Translations under genes and position numbers: made by a program
Notes under the pieces: model-generated
The model's database searches: none
Seen by the model: the letters and a program-made list of their open reading frames with translations, nothing else
Told to the model about the DNA's origin: nothing
Source: Psammoneis japonica
Lineage: Eukaryota
Assembly (NCBI GenBank): GCA_008632985.1
Contig: QPGO01000037.1
Location: 124,001 to 188,000 of the forward strand
DNA length: 64,000 bases
Reading direction: 5' to 3'
Shown here: piece after piece, positions 23,560 through 37,529 of the stretch
How the letters are laid out: each line of letters begins with the position of its first letter
Numbering within the stretch: position 1 is the stretch's first letter

Positions 23560-25430
23560 ATTTGGCAAATTGATGTTTTTCAAGTCTTTGTCTTTCCAGA
23601 TTTTGTGCTGCAGTCACAGTTGGCAATGCAAGCTTGACAGAGATGATGAGAAAAAACAACACAGGAGAGAGGCGCTGCCACACAAAAGAGCAGGAAGACA
23701 GAGCTCAGAGAGAAAGCAGCAGCTGGCGCTGCCTCTGCAGAGCTTCTTTGGGGGAAATGACAAGAGTTGAGCTCAGCACATCAGGTTTGGCAACTTGTTG
23801 AGAATGAGGGCACAACACCTCAAAGAGCTGGTGTGGAGGCTTTGCTCTCTCTCAAAGAAGTGGGCAGCCGCTGAACAAAAAAGCTCTCTCTGGCTTGTCA
23901 CAAGCAGGGCTGGTGCAGAGATGGCAGCAGCGCTCATCATGCAAAAAGCACTCTTGGGGGTTTCTGGAGCCCTGGCAGCATGCTGCTCAGTGCTCTGTGA
24001 GTGGCTGCAAGCCACAAAGCAAACAAAATGACAAAAACAATGTTGCAAGAAAATTCGCTGTGCAGACTTGGCAGCTCGTTGGTTTTTGACAACTGCGGTG
24101 TTTTTCGGCACACAGCAGCAGATCTTGAGCAGCAACAAGAGAGGCAGGCAGAGCTTCTGTGTGCTGCACCAGCTCCCAAAGTGTCAGAACCCAGAGCTGC
24201 CATGCTTTTGAGTGTGCGGCCTCTGCTGCAGCTCTCGCAAGCTTGTGGCCTCAGCACGATCCTCAGCGCTTGCTCTGGGGTTGTGTGCACTGTGCTGGAA
24301 CAAAAGGTTTCTTTCCTGGCCAGGTGGGGAGAGGGTTCTTTTTTCTCTCCTTTGCTTTGGCTGGCCAGTGCCGTGCAAGTTTTTTTCTGAACAGCTCCCT
24401 TGTCAATCAGCTGAAAGTGTGGAAGAGGGAAAAAACAGCACAGAGAGGAGAGTCTTGTGTCTGCCAAGCCTCATTTGACACACAATGTCAGTGAGTGCAC
24501 GTTGCTGGATTCAGGCAGAGAACCTCTGCTGAGAGGGGGTTTGCGGATCAGCTTTGACCTCCCTCAGTCACTCACAATTTTGTTCATTTGCCCCCACCAA
24601 ATGTCAACTTTTTTTTGTTGGTCGTCAGGGGAAACTGCCTGATTGCGCCTCTTGCTAGATTTTTTGGAATTGGGTTTTGAGTTTCTCCTGCGGAATGCAA
24701 TTTGGAGGTGGAAACGAGTGCGAGCAGTTTTCTCCATCTTTGCACTTTCACGCTCTTGAATTTTCCACCTGCCATCTTCAGACTGATGCCGGTTGTGACG
24801 GTGGAGGTGCCAAGGAGCGCAGCGCAACTCATCCGGCTTCTGTGGCAATTTCTTGATCGAATCTTTTCCAACCCCCAGCTTTCGCAAGAAAAGTCGTTTT
24901 TCATCAGGATTTGCAGGAAGACGAAACATGCCAAAGTGAGAGTGTCCAATGCCTTCGCAGACTGGATTCTCACAACAGCAAATCGCCGGTGCCGATTTGC
25001 CATTGCACTGTGGCATGTGCTTGGGTCCAAGCAGGCAATGACCCCGTCGCCCCTTTTTTTTGGCTTCCCTTTCCCATCCGTCAACCGAGGGTGCCAGCCA
25101 CGGCCATGAACAATGCAGAGCCCATGGTTTTGACAAGCTGCCAGGCAAACACAACTTTTTCCACTTGCACCCTTGCAAGTGAACTCGGTGAACGACACCA
25201 AGTCTGACGCGATGCCAAGAGCTTCTGCAAGTTGTGCCCGAGACCCAACCGAGCCAAAATCAACAGCACTCATTGCTTTCAGCAGTGAGATTGTGGACCA
25301 TGCGCAGTTTTGCCATACATCATTCATTCAACAGGACGGCAGCTGCTGTGACTTGCTCTTCGTCTCTGTCAAAAGTCATAAGAAGCATGTGATGACACTG
25401 ATGTTGATGTGCTGCAGTCTGCAGTGAAAA
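23560..25430 (-). mobile_element. Decayed DNA-transposon-like remnant with THAP-like and CxxxC..HG.G zinc finger fragments; TpA-depleted
   Basis: Minus-strand CCCENPVC...FRLPANPDEKRLFLRKL...LRCAPWH (THAP-like) and CKGASGKSC...CQNHGLCIVHGRG; strong TA depletion. Confidence 0.5.
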
Positions 25431-25810
25431 TTGAAAAATGAAAATTTAATTCAAATATAAATTTCCGGTTGTCGCCCAGTCTGTCCGTAAACAGGCCAAA
25501 ATCTTGAAAAGAAAAAAGGTCTATGATGTGCTCGTACTTGAATAAAAGATAAAATAACAGGGAGCTACGTGGAAGAAAAAAGCTGAAAGCGGTTGAACAC
25601 GCACGTACGTGTAGCTGCGTTGCGTGTACCAATCGCGTAGAAGTCTACGTGGCAGCGACGTCGGAGCCAACAATCGCATCATGCTTGTGTTGGGCGGGAT
25701 GAAGTGGCGGAAGCAACAGATCGCAACGACAACTTCCATCGCAAAATTCCACAACCATCAACAACGATTTCACAATGTGCCGTAACAATTCAAACGCAGA
25801 ACAAACAAGC

Positions 25811-26897
25811 ATGACACGAAAATTGCTAACAGCTAGTATTTTCCTTGCCGCTGTGTCAGGATCAGCCGCGTTTGCTCCTTCGAGAGGATTAAATTTTGAT
25901 CAGTCTGCTAGAATCCGCCAGTCCGCGGCGGTGTTCGAAAAACCCAAAATCCTTTTGAAAATCGACGAGGTTTGTCAAGAGGCGGTCCATTGCAGATGTC
26001 CGCAGCACCTGCCGCCATTGCAGCGATCACAAGTGCAATTTCAGGTGGTGTTTTTGCTGGTGGGTTGCATGCTGTCGCTGGTAAGTTGAGGGTTGAGGTT
26101 GAGATTTGCCGATCTGTGCACTTCTCGCCTTCTCGTAGAATTCTACAGGAGCAGTACTGCCACGTTGAAATTTTTGAATCACATTTTCGAACGCAAATAC
26201 GAGGGTGCTTCACTTTGACAAATCCTGTTTCTCAACTCTTGCTCCTTAAACTGCTCGTTTTCTAGGACCTGATCATTTGGCTGCAATCCTACCGAGATGT
26301 TGTGGACAAAGATGGTACCGTGCTGGTCGCATCGGCGCTCTTTGGGGTATGGGACACGGCGTGTCGGCGTGCTTGTTGGGCATGTTGGCCTTTGGTCTAA
26401 AGAGTCGCGTCACACAGTTTGCAGCTGCCAAAACTATTCTTAGTAGAGCATCACACCTCACTGAGATTGCGGTTGGTTTGTCTCTTATCGTGATTGGGCT
26501 GATGGGGATCAAGGAGGCACAGGAATGGAAGTCTGAAATGATGGAGGGAGCACCTGCGCAGTCGCTCTCTGCTGCAGCTGCCGACCCAGGTATGAAAACC
26601 AGTCAACGTCGTGCTGTAGTCTTTAACGGCTTGCTTCATGGATTTAGCTGGGACGGTGCTCCGTCTCTTGCTCCTGCTCTTGCCGTAGCAACCTGGAGAG
26701 GGAACCTGACATTCCTCTTTAGCTACGCGTTCGGGACAATGGCCACCATGGCTCTTACAACCACATTGATTGGCGAAGGAACACGAAGGGCGGGAGAAGT
26801 GCTGCACCGACCAGACATTCCTCAAAAGCTCAGCTTTGGATCGTCCATTTTTGCGATTGCTATTGGCGCAGTTTGGTGTGCCTTGGCTCTCAAGTAG
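25811..26897 (+). CDS. Plastid-targeted nickel/cobalt-transporter-like membrane protein (UreH/CGF-like)
   Basis: Signal peptide ending SAA-FAP; GGLHAVAG|PDHLAA, WGMGHG and GLLHGFSWDG motifs. Intron 26081-26265; apparent frameshift near 25960. Confidence 0.85.
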
Positions 26898-26966
26898 AGT
26901 AGATTCAAGAATCCCATTAATACAACTATGCATAAACAAGTCGTATCATCGTCTAATTATGGTTAC

Positions 26967-28433
26967 TTATGCATCACGTTCAAAGAAAATTCGTAGCGTT
27001 GTCTGAAAGGTGCAGCACACGGATGCTACCACTGAAAACACCAGGAGAAAGTAGCAAAACAACGACCATCCTCTTTTGACCCCTGTTTGGTCGTGGCGGA
27101 TGATGCTCAGATAACACACCGCCGGCAGAATAAATGCTATTAAAAAGCCATGCTTGATCCGCACAAGCTCCACACGACAGCCACCCCTGGTGCCAAGGCC
27201 GCACCAAAGTAACATGTCAACGCGATTGCGATTGTCATACCGTAGTGCCACAAGGGATTGTCGGCCAGGTGCTGACGAGAGAGCAAGATTTGGCTTTCTC
27301 GGGGTGAAAGAGGAGTCTGTTCCGAGGGAAGCGTGTAATCTTCTGAAGTTTTTCTGTATTCCCTCATACAATCCAAGAGTTCGAGGATGCTATCACGGCA
27401 CGGGAGTAGCATCATTGCCATGGCCAACATTATGGTAATTCCACACCCGAATCTACCTAACGTAATTATCCAGTCATTTGACTTGCTGACATTGAGTAGC
27501 ACGTTGCCGTCTGTAGCCGATCCAAAACAAAGATACCCCGCTAGGCCAAAGAGATACATGAGAAGAAAGCAAGCTGCGACCGCACCACCAATCACGCTTC
27601 GGACCCGTGGTCTTGTCGGATTGATTAAGGCCGACTGTATGGGCAATATATTGAAAATTGACAAGAAACTCAGCATGATGATGGGAATAGCAAAGAGTAC
27701 ATCACCGGCACTTGATGTCACTAGGATAACGTGGGGAGGGTCGTTAGAATGAAACTGCTTTTGGATGGCGTGATGACAAAGAGCAACGCAAAGAATTGAT
27801 ATCGATGCAAAGCCCATATAGCAATTGTATCGAAGCGCGTACAACTCCTTTTGGACCAAAAATGGTGCCATCAGTAGAATAACGCCCATCATGACAACGT
27901 CCCCTCGCGGATTATCAACAACGAGCCCGACAAATGGGGTCCAGATGTCTCTCAACAGTACCATGTACGCAATCAGTACAAAAATAAGAAATACAAACAG
28001 CAAAGTCGTGATGAACGTCTCCATTTTCGGCCCAAATGCTATGCTTCCAACCTCTCCATAACTGGGAATACCTCCGGCAAACAACGAATGTGAACAAAAG
28101 CGAGTATCACATGATGGCGTTTTGATAGAAGCAATGATCTTTCACTCACGAATGCACTCCTGTTTGTCTTGCGCAAAGACACAGAAGAAAAAGAGACATT
28201 TCCGTGATCAAAGCTGCCACTACAATGAGAATCGTAGCTAGAACGATGCCGCACTTTTGGAACGCCAGCGGCAAACTTAGAACGCCGCCCCCCACGATTG
28301 TGGCCACCAGATTGAAGGTGGCGACGAGTATCGTTGACTTTCTCTGGGGTGAGTCATGATCTGGGACCAGAATATCTTGTTCCTGGGGAAAGTTTGAGAT
28401 AGTATCGTGGCTACCTTTTGCCATCTTCATCAT
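26967..28433 (-). CDS. Amino acid transporter (AAAP/SLC38 family)
   Basis: FNLVATIVGGGVLSLPLAF, GYLCFG..TDGNVL and VVWSLCGS..AFLIAFILP motifs; many TM segments. Intron near 28074-28149; frameshift near 27140. Confidence 0.9.
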
Positions 28434-28937
28434 GGGTTGATGGAAACTCTGTGATCTTGGTTTTTGTGAGGCTTCGCACTTTCAAAAACTTGTGAGGGCG
28501 GGAACATCCGACCAGTCCGACCCGACGACGGCCAGTTTTTGTGGTTTTTCAACTTGCGGTCGGTTGGCGCAACTTGCTTTGCTCGTTCACTCTCCACCAC
28601 TCTCACTCTCTCTACTCTAGACTCTAGCTAGAGAGTAGAGCTAGCCACTCGTACTTCTAGAACTCTAGTAGAGAGAGTTATTCCGACACTTAATAGTGAT
28701 CGTTGTAAGAACTGAAGTATCCACTCTTAGTCATAGAGAACGGTGCACTGAAGAGGAACTGCCTCTGTCACGAGTCACCATAGTACAAATACCACTCGGA
28801 TCAGTAAAGGTGCGACAAACCCTGAAGAAAATCGAAAATCTATCTATTTTACCATGAACGACTTCGTCTAAACCTACTAATGTGCATTAAAAAAAATCAA
28901 AGTTAGGCGTAGAAAGAATGATGACCATGTGCTGCTA

Positions 28938-30744
28938 CTACTGTACTAGGATACGTACCGAAATAATGGACGACATGAATGCATCAAGAGCGCGTTCATT
29001 GATCATTTCGTCGCTATGGGGCTTACTTTTTGCCACACTTGAGTTCCTTCCAACAGAGTAGAACTCGTATCCAAGAATCTGCACAGCTTCGGCCTGTATT
29101 CTTGAGCGCACAGGGTCAAAATTATCGTAAAAGAGCTTTTCACATGCACCACGAAGGGTTGATGTAATATCTCGTTCATTGATTGATAACCCGTGCTGGA
29201 ACAACTTGGATGACTGCTTCGAAATGTCTATTCTCACACCGCTATTGACGTTACAGTTGTTATCGTCAGGGGGGTCCTCCTCAGACTGCTCTGCCATTAT
29301 CTTCTTCTTTTGCTCCTTCTGGTACGCTCTGACAGTGCTATCGATTGCCCGTTTTTCCCGATACATTGTAAAGTCCAAGAGTGTATCTCGGACCTTGTTC
29401 TCAACCGTGAATGCTGTTCCAACAAGTCCAAATGGCGAGTTCTTGTGGCCAAGAAACTTCTTTGCCTCAGATTTCAGTGCTGAACCAATGAGAGCGAGAA
29501 AGACCTCTCCAAAATCCCCTTTTGCAATGGCTTCAGCTTCTAGTTGACAAGAAGCTTGAAAGCACTCCAGAGTTTGCTTGCCATTGACAAAGTCTGAAAC
29601 GCGACTTCTCAAGTGCATCGCAATATTGAGCTCCCTTCTCCGTTGTTGCAATGTGTTCGGCAGTTGCTTCTTTCCGTACAAAAAGTCTTGTCCCTCCTCG
29701 GTCAACTCAAAGGTGCTATCCACAAACGAGGCGATCGCCAGCTGACCGACATATGGTTCGACAAGATTTGAGCCAAACATGATTGCAAAGAACACTTGTG
29801 GATCAACGTTTGGTTTGGATTGCATCTTGGCGTGAGCCCCTTGCTCATAGCATACAGCACCATTCTGGTCGTATGCCTCTCGCATTTCGTCGTCCATGAG
29901 CGTTTCATATACAAAATGAAGTCGATTAAACTTTTCTTGTGCATCAGGGTCATCTCGATGTTGATCCGGATGTACGTTCCTCGCCTCGCGGCGGTACGCT
30001 TTCTTAATGTCGCTGGCATCTGCATCGGACGGTACTTTCAGCATGTTGTAATACGATGAATCCTTGACGCGATTCTGAGAAGCTCGACGCAACTGTGGGC
30101 TCCTGCTTCCTCCCCTCGGAATTTCTCCCCGAGCGTCGAGGAGACGCTCTACTTCAGTAAGCTCTTGATCCATGGAATAACAACATAATCGGCGTTCTTC
30201 TCGTCCCACACTTTTCCCTCGGCAGAAGCTGCGATAGCTTTGGGCGTCATGGCAATACCCATTGTGAGTTGATATATGGACGCAGTCACTCCCGCGGTAG
30301 CAACGAGTACACTTGAAACAAGAGCAACAGGCGTATCTATCAAGACTCCACCCAATCCTTTCAATTGCCACCTCTCAAAGGATAGAAAAAGGCGACACTC
30401 ACAAAAGAATCGAGCGTGTTTAGCAAATTTGACATTGCAGAAGAGACCCCACTTATCGCATCTCGAGGACAATCTATGTTGAAAACTTTTGAGAATACCC
30501 GTTCCATGAGTTGCCGACGAAGTGTACGGAGTACGGATGATTCTTCGCTCTCGTATTCTTCCACTTGGGTCTCGTCTTGTTTCACGTCCATGGCTGAAGC
30601 GAGGCGTTCTGCATAATCGCTTACGGCTTCGTGTGGTCTGTTTCTCCTCTCTTTTGTATCAATAGCATATGACGAAGACCATACAAGTGCCAAAACAGCA
30701 GCTAATGCTTGCCAACGAGTGCATCTCATGAGTAAACACGCCAT
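28938..30744 (-). CDS. DnaJ domain protein with DnaJ-X domain and predicted signal peptide
   Basis: YYNMLKV...IKKAYRREAR.VHPD; FFAIMFGSNLVEPYVGQL. N-terminal RDAISGVSS block is homologous to the 38888-40973 gene; frameshifts in the 5' part. Confidence 0.8.
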
Positions 30745-30859
30745 CGCGACGCTCTTTTCTTCATGGCCAAAATCCAGAGAGAATTCAGAATTTTAATTTT
30801 TGGTGATGTCACGATGACATCACTTTCGTCTGATGCTAAACTCCGGGTTTTCTTTGGTG

Positions 30860-33420
30860 CATGAACACGGAGTTTGAGACATGTTCTGGTGACGACCTTG
30901 TCTTTGTCAAAGAAGTTTAGACTTGGTGAGGCACCCCAATGTCACTCTGCTCTTTGTTGGTTTTGTTTAAAAATTAAAATGTGCACACAGCTCTTCTCTG
31001 CACACGGTGTTGTTGGAGAGCAGAAGCCTTGCGAGAGCTGTTGCTTTTCTTCACATCTGTCAAAGTGCGCAAAAAGCAAAGAGAGACACGCTAAAAATGG
31101 CAAGCTTTTCATGGCCAGCTCTTGGCCCCTGATTGTCCACAGCTGCAATGCCAGAGCACATGATGCACAAATCAAGGCCCCACAGAGATTTGTGAGCAGA
31201 GCACATGATGTGTTTTCATCCCAGGTGAGAAACTTTTGGACACATCACGAGGTTTTCTACGTGTTTCTACATGAGACGTACATTTAGCACCAAAAATCTT
31301 AGTAAAAAACGAGCTCCAAGACACCAAAAATATATTTTTCCATGTCTCGAACCACAAACCACAATTCGCGCAAACCGAAAATGGCACCATGCCGTCGCCA
31401 TGAACTCGTCCATTCTCACACCAACGGATGTTGTGACTGAGAAGGCAAGAATGTCGAGACAGGTCAACAAGACAACGCTCAATGCGATGATGTGGTTGAA
31501 AAATTGATCTTTGTTTTTTGTTGTGCCTTGTGGATGGCCTTTTGACTCATGACATTTTTGATGCCTCTTTCTCTCTTCCTCAGCTTGCGAAGTGGGATTC
31601 TCATCAACGCGCCGCTCCATCTGCTTGACACCGGATGCTGACAACGAAGAATGTTTCTATGACACGTTGCTGTGATTCTTGCATGTATCGTCCGCACTTT
31701 GAGTCGTCATGGACGACGCTTTTGGGTCGCGCGACAACATCAGATTTCGCCACCGACAAGAGAATCGTCATGTGTTCGGTTTTGAGGGTGTGTGAGGATA
31801 AAGAATCTCAGATGCAAGTGTGACAGTTTCATCATTGTAAAGTAAAACAATGCCATTGGCGACATCTTGGTGTTGCAGCCATTTTGTTTTATTCTAAGAT
31901 AGAACTGGTCATTTTGAGCGGCGAAATTTTGTCAATGTTTCATCTTTAACTCTGCTTGGGCACATCAAATCACACAATGACCAGACACACATTGAACTTT
32001 GACGCTGCCATTTCAATCCTATTGTTTTATTCACTCAAGCATCCCACACAGGTTGACAAATCAGTCGATCTTTGAAATGGCCGATCGCGCAAAAAAATCA
32101 CGTGCGAAGTCAGTTCCCCGATTTTTCTTGTGCAACACAGAGTTAGAACGCGTTCTTTTTGGCATGAGCTCTTTATACAATGAATGATGCATGCATTCTT
32201 TCAAAGTAGTCAGATTCGGTGAAAGAAACAGCAGAACAGTCTCTCAAATGCACCAGAATGACAACAACGAGCAGACAGCTGTCAGTTTCACTCCAAAAAA
32301 TGCCGCTTTCGAGATGGCGCTTTTCTTGTGCGCACCCTTCAACCAATGAGAACAATGGCTGGCTTTTCAAAATAAACATGTCTGTGGAAGAAGAAACGAA
32401 AAATCAGGGGAAAGTCCAGTCAGATTGCTCGCACAAAAAGCACGGCGACGGAAAAGGACAGACGAAACGTCTCACCTCCGCAGCGCGTTTCTACTGGATG
32501 AAAACACATCACATGTGTGCTCCTGCTCACAAAATGTGGCTCAGCAAGAAAAAGCACATGTCACATGATGATGCTGGACTGATCCTGCTGCATGTGGCCT
32601 GTTCCAGCCCCAGCAGGTGATGAGACATCCATCATGTGAAAGGCCAATTTTCTGTGCAGTTCAGCACATCAAACTCCTTCAACTGTGATCGCTTCGAAAA
32701 TCGAAAGGCAAGTGCACACCCGAAAATGCATGTGAAGTGCACACTTGCCCTTCAATTTGGAAAAACAGGTTTTGAAAGAGTTAATGTGCCAAATGCAAAA
32801 ATGGGCAAACATGGGAATCGAACCTGTTCGCATCACCTGGAGCTGGAAGAGGCAAGAAAGCACAAAGCTTTGGAGCAGCAGAGAAAGGTGTGTGCAAATG
32901 CCGCCAGCTGGGGCCTTTTACATGAGCCACCCAAAAGTGCATAAAATGCCAGAAAATGTCAAAATTGCAAGTTTTGTGTGGTTGTTGTGGTTGCAGAGGT
33001 GTGCTCTTTTTGCTCCCTTTGTTGTCGTTTGAGAGCGCCAGCACAGCAACAAGAAGGAAAACACCAGCTCAGCAGGCCCAGTGTGGAACAGCCAAGCCAA
33101 CTTTGTATTTGGGAAGCACACCTTTCATGCTTTTTGCCACTGTGTAAAAAACAGCAGTGAAGCGCAGTGCCCATGCACAGCACAGGCTGCGGCAGGACAA
33201 AAAAAGAGAGAGCTTCACAAAAGAAGGGGCAGGAAAGCCCAGGCTCTTTGGAAGAGACAACGGTGTGGCTTTTTCTCATGTCTGCTGAAGCAACAGGGTC
33301 TGCCATGAATGAATGGTGATTCAAGCAAACAATTTGCTGCACAATTGGTTCTGTCATGGCAGGAGAGCGAAACGAGAAAAACGAGGTGCACCAGCGAAGC
33401 ACCAACCATGCGTTGGATTG
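30860..33420. other. Patchy CpG/TpA-depleted hypermutated domain (unclassified repeat remnant)
   Basis: TA-poor throughout with CpG partly retained (about 31340-31800 and 32060-32490); no credible ORF. Confidence 0.7.
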
Positions 33421-34073
33421 GCAGTTGAAAGCCGTTGACTGAACGTTGGGAAGGGCTCTGTTTATGCTATTGTATGTGCGAATTTCTCTATTTCTATGAT
33501 ACAAAATCAAGCGCTTTATACATAATCAAAGTAAAGATGAATTTATATTTATTTTTAAGTTGGAATATCTGAATACCATTCTTGTGGGTTTAATAATTGC
33601 GCGAACAGCGTCGTAACAGTCTTGTAGATTTCTACACAATCATTCCCACACCTCGTGAAGTCGAATGAAAGCTGAAGTGCACCCACTCGAGCGTTGATAT
33701 CACTTGTTTGTGTTTGGTTGACGCATTTCACTCGGAGACGATTTTTGTGTCAATTCTTTCGCTGCTTTCGGTCGCCTCACTGTTATTTTAATCGGCAGAT
33801 CAAGTTGTAAGTGATACGACGCTGGAACGCGTCGAAAAAATTGTTGCCGGAGAAGAGAGATTGATTGGTTGATCCTGCCGTGTTAGAATTTTTTGCGGGA
33901 ACGACGTTTCACGTAGCTCGTGGTACATTTCCACGTAGGATGACGTTGTTGTGAGAATGGCCTTCTCATCACCTCCTCCTTTTGTTCTTGTTTCTAACGC
34001 TTTCGGTTCTCTGTTGTAATTTTTCTTCCGCAGTCTGCTTTTAGTACTTTTAAGGAAAGCGAAACGTGTTCCT

Positions 34074-35768
34074 ATGATGGGAATGCCTCAAATGCCAGCG
34101 ACAAGGAATCATGAAAGAAACCCGATTCGGGGAGCAGTTGAGATCCTTCAGGTAAGGGGTGAAGACGTTCGTCGTAATAGTCACAAACTGCTGGCTAGAG
34201 TAGCGCTTCGTGTAGTGTTGGGTATTCTGACAGCAAGTCTTAACTCTACTCTCTATATCAGGATCGCTTATACTATGCCGCTTTGAAGGGCACACCCTCT
34301 CAGAATCACACAATATCTACAACAGCACGTGGGTCTGGCGAGATGAAGCATAAAGATATTCACTTTTTCAACATTGACACTGAATTGGTATACTGGAATT
34401 TCTTTCTGGACTTTGGGCCTCTTAATCTTGGGCAACTCTATCGCTTTTGTACGAAACTCAACGACAAGCTATCGTCGAAAGAACTGTCGACTCATGTGAT
34501 TTGCTTTTACTCGAGCATCGCCCCGGCCAAGCGCGCCAACGCTATTTACTTGATTTGCGCATGGCAAGTGTTATACTTGGGCCGGACCCCAGAAGAAGCG
34601 TTTCGTGGATTCATGAATGACGATGACGCGATGGATATTGTCTCGGATGACGGCGAAACACATTCGTCCAAGAGTAGTTCGTCTCCACCTCCCTCTCCTC
34701 GCAGTTCCATGGGGGAGGCAACCGTGTGCCCAATTCCACCCTTTCACGACGCTTCACCTTGCACATGTACATATGATTTGAGCATTCTTGATTGCCTTCA
34801 TGGGATTACCAAGGCGCGCATGTACGGTTTCTTTGACTTTGATAACTTTGACGTCCAGGAGTACGAACACTTTGAGCAAGTCGAGGTAAGAGCTGTTGCT
34901 GTCGTGAATGTGATTGGAGCAGGTGTATGTATATGTGTATGACTTATGCTTGTGCTCTCTTTCCTGCAATCAGAATGGAGACTTGAATTGGATTGTGAAG
35001 GATCGCTTCCTAGCCTTTGCTGGACCACACTACAAGCAGAACATGTCTCCTGAGGGCTACTGCACTCTCACGCCTGCGCATTACATTCCATACTTTAAGA
35101 AAAGGAACGTTGGGTTGGTGGTTCGTCTGAACAAAAAGTGCTATGATGAAAGACAGTTTATAAACGCCGGCATTAGACACTTGGAGCAGTATTACCTTGA
35201 CGGGTCGTGCCCACCGATGAAGATCCTTCACAAAGTCATTGAAGGATTTGAGAGTGTGCCATCGGATAAGGCGATCGCGGTTCACTGCAAGGCTGGTTTG
35301 GGTCGGACTGGAACCTGTATTGGGGCATACATTATGAAACACTACAAATTCACTGCTGCTGAGGTGATTGCATGGATGCGGATATGCCGGCCGGGTTGCG
35401 TTATTGGTCCGCAGCAGCACTTTTTGCAAGATATAGAACAGCAAATGTGGCAAGAGGGAAGTCTGATGACGACGAACATCAGCAAGAGTATTAAGCCCAA
35501 AGAAGCTCCGGAAGTGAACCAACGGAATGCGCAAAAGAAAGAATCTCTTGAGCTAGACAAGGCGAGGTCGTCTCGTGCTTCGTCCATCTTTTCTGGCTTG
35601 CATTTTGGCTCGCTGACTGTAAGAGATGGCAAGAATCGCCAACACCGATTGCATGAGGGAAAAGAAAAGGAGGAGGCGGAAGTGGGAAGGGTAGGTCAAG
35701 CAGAAGCCCTCTTGGCTGCGCGACACAAATCATCATCAACACCAGTATCAACCGGATTTGAGGTATGA
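34074..35768 (+). CDS. CDC14: Dual-specificity protein phosphatase Cdc14
   Basis: DFGPLNLG, ENGDLNWI and HCKAGLGRTG catalytic motif. Exons 34074-34151, 34262-34885 and 34974-35768 join in frame with GT-AG introns. Confidence 0.96.
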
Positions 35769-35981
35769 AAGCCAGAGCTACAGAAAGAGTACGTGGATAT
35801 AGATGAAAGCAGAAGATTTGAAGTGCTTCATGTGGAAGGATAACAATTCATAGTGTGTATTACATGTAATTTAAAGGTTCTTACAGAGTGCGCTTGAGAC
35901 TACCGGTGATGTAGCCGGTTGCGGTATGTGCTTTGAGAATAATGTGGTCCGTAGCTCTTGATTTTTTGTAGAAGATTAGCT

Positions 35982-36437
35982 CTAGCTTCTCTTTTTCAAA
36001 CAGCAGTCCTGAAAAGGCAACACAGATCCCACCTTATTCTCACAAACAACACAGTAGTGGTCTGTTGTTTTCATAATGTCTACGACGAGAGGTATCCAGC
36101 AAATCGGCCAGAACAACAAAGCTAGCGCAAGGACTGCCACCCAAGTGAGAATGCCGGGATAGGTGCGAGTTCTTGTTCTTGACTGAGCACCACATGCGGG
36201 GCATTGCTCCATGACCATAATTTTACGTCCAAAGGTTGGACCTCCAAGTCGTGTTGCTCGCGCTTCTTGTTGTGGTTGTGGCGAAATAGGCTTGACGGCA
36301 ACGCATGTGGCCTCAATCACCTCTGGTTTTTTCTTTGGAGGAGCCGCCGTAGGAGGAACAGCTACCGCACCGACAGGAGTAGCTACAGGCAGATCGCCTT
36401 CCTCCATGGTAGCAACGTATGGAGTCTTGTTGTCCAC
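35982..36437 (-). CDS. LITAF zinc ribbon domain protein
   Basis: CPAC, hydrophobic stretch, HYCVVC; Pro-rich N-terminus. True start uncertain (ATG at 36407 or an upstream exon). Confidence 0.88.
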   Translation of the reverse strand: MDNKTPYVATMEEGDLPVATPVGAVAVPPTAAPPKKKPEVIEATCVAVKPISPQPQQEARATRLGGPTFGRKIMVMEQCPACGAQSRTRTRTYPGILTWVAVLALALLFWPICWIPLVVDIMKTTDHYCVVCENKVGSVLPFQDCCLKKRS

Positions 36438-36751
36438 TTTTGTACAAGCAAAGTTACGAGCAAAACAATGTGAGAGGCGAAAACCCCACCACCTGTTTCA
36501 ACAGGTAAACAAAGGCATGATTTTTCAGATTGATGCATCATTAATCATCGACGATGCTTACAAGTACTCTCTTTTTCCTTTTTGGATTTGAAAAATCCCA
36601 TGGTTGCCGTCGGGAAAGGAAGCAGGTGATCAGAGAAAGGTCAAAGGCGATTTTCTCGAGGACATACAGTACACCGTTGTCGTGTGAGATGAGCTAATCG
36701 TCATTTTTTTCGTGTCGCCGAGAACGAGAGCGATGTTCATTTTGCGAAACA

Positions 36752-37350
36752 NNNNNNNNNNNNNNNNNNNNNNNNNNNNNNNNNNNNNNNNNNNNNNNNN
36801 NNNNNNNNNNNNNNNNNNNNNNNNNNNNNNNNNNNNNNNNNNNNNNNNNNNNNNNNNNNNNNNNNNNNNNNNNNNNNNNNNNNNNNNNNNNNNNNNNNNN
36901 NNNNNNNNNNNNNNNNNNNNNNNNNNNNNNNNNNNNNNNNNNNNNNNNNNNNNNNNNNNNNNNNNNNNNNNNNNNNNNNNNNNNNNNNNNNNNNNNNNNN
37001 NNNNNNNNNNNNNNNNNNNNNNNNNNNNNNNNNNNNNNNNNNNNNNNNNNNNNNNNNNNNNNNNNNNNNNNNNNNNNNNNNNNNNNNNNNNNNNNNNNNN
37101 NNNNNNNNNNNNNNNNNNNNNNNNNNNNNNNNNNNNNNNNNNNNNNNNNNNNNNNNNNNNNNNNNNNNNNNNNNNNNNNNNNNNNNNNNNNNNNNNNNNN
37201 NNNNNNNNNNNNNNNNNNNNNNNNNNNNNNNNNNNNNNNNNNNNNNNNNNNNNNNNNNNNNNNNNNNNNNNNNNNNNNNNNNNNNNNNNNNNNNNNNNNN
37301 NNNNNNNNNNNNNNNNNNNNNNNNNNNNNNNNNNNNNNNNNNNNNNNNNN
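36752..37350. other. Assembly gap (N run)
   Basis: Run of N characters. Confidence 1.
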
Positions 37351-37529
37351 GTAATACAGCCCTCTACTACTTGTACTAGCACCCTAGCTAGAGTCCTCAT
37401 GAGCCCTGCAGCAACGACGTTGCTGGAGAATCATCAAAGTATTCAGGTAGGACGTCAAGTCTCCTTCAATTTTTTCATCATATTACACAATTGAAGATTT
37501 GCACAAAGAAAGTCATTTAATCTCTAAAT

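Noticed and set aside
36630..37494. ORFs spanning the N run
   Set aside because: They are artefacts of the assembly gap.
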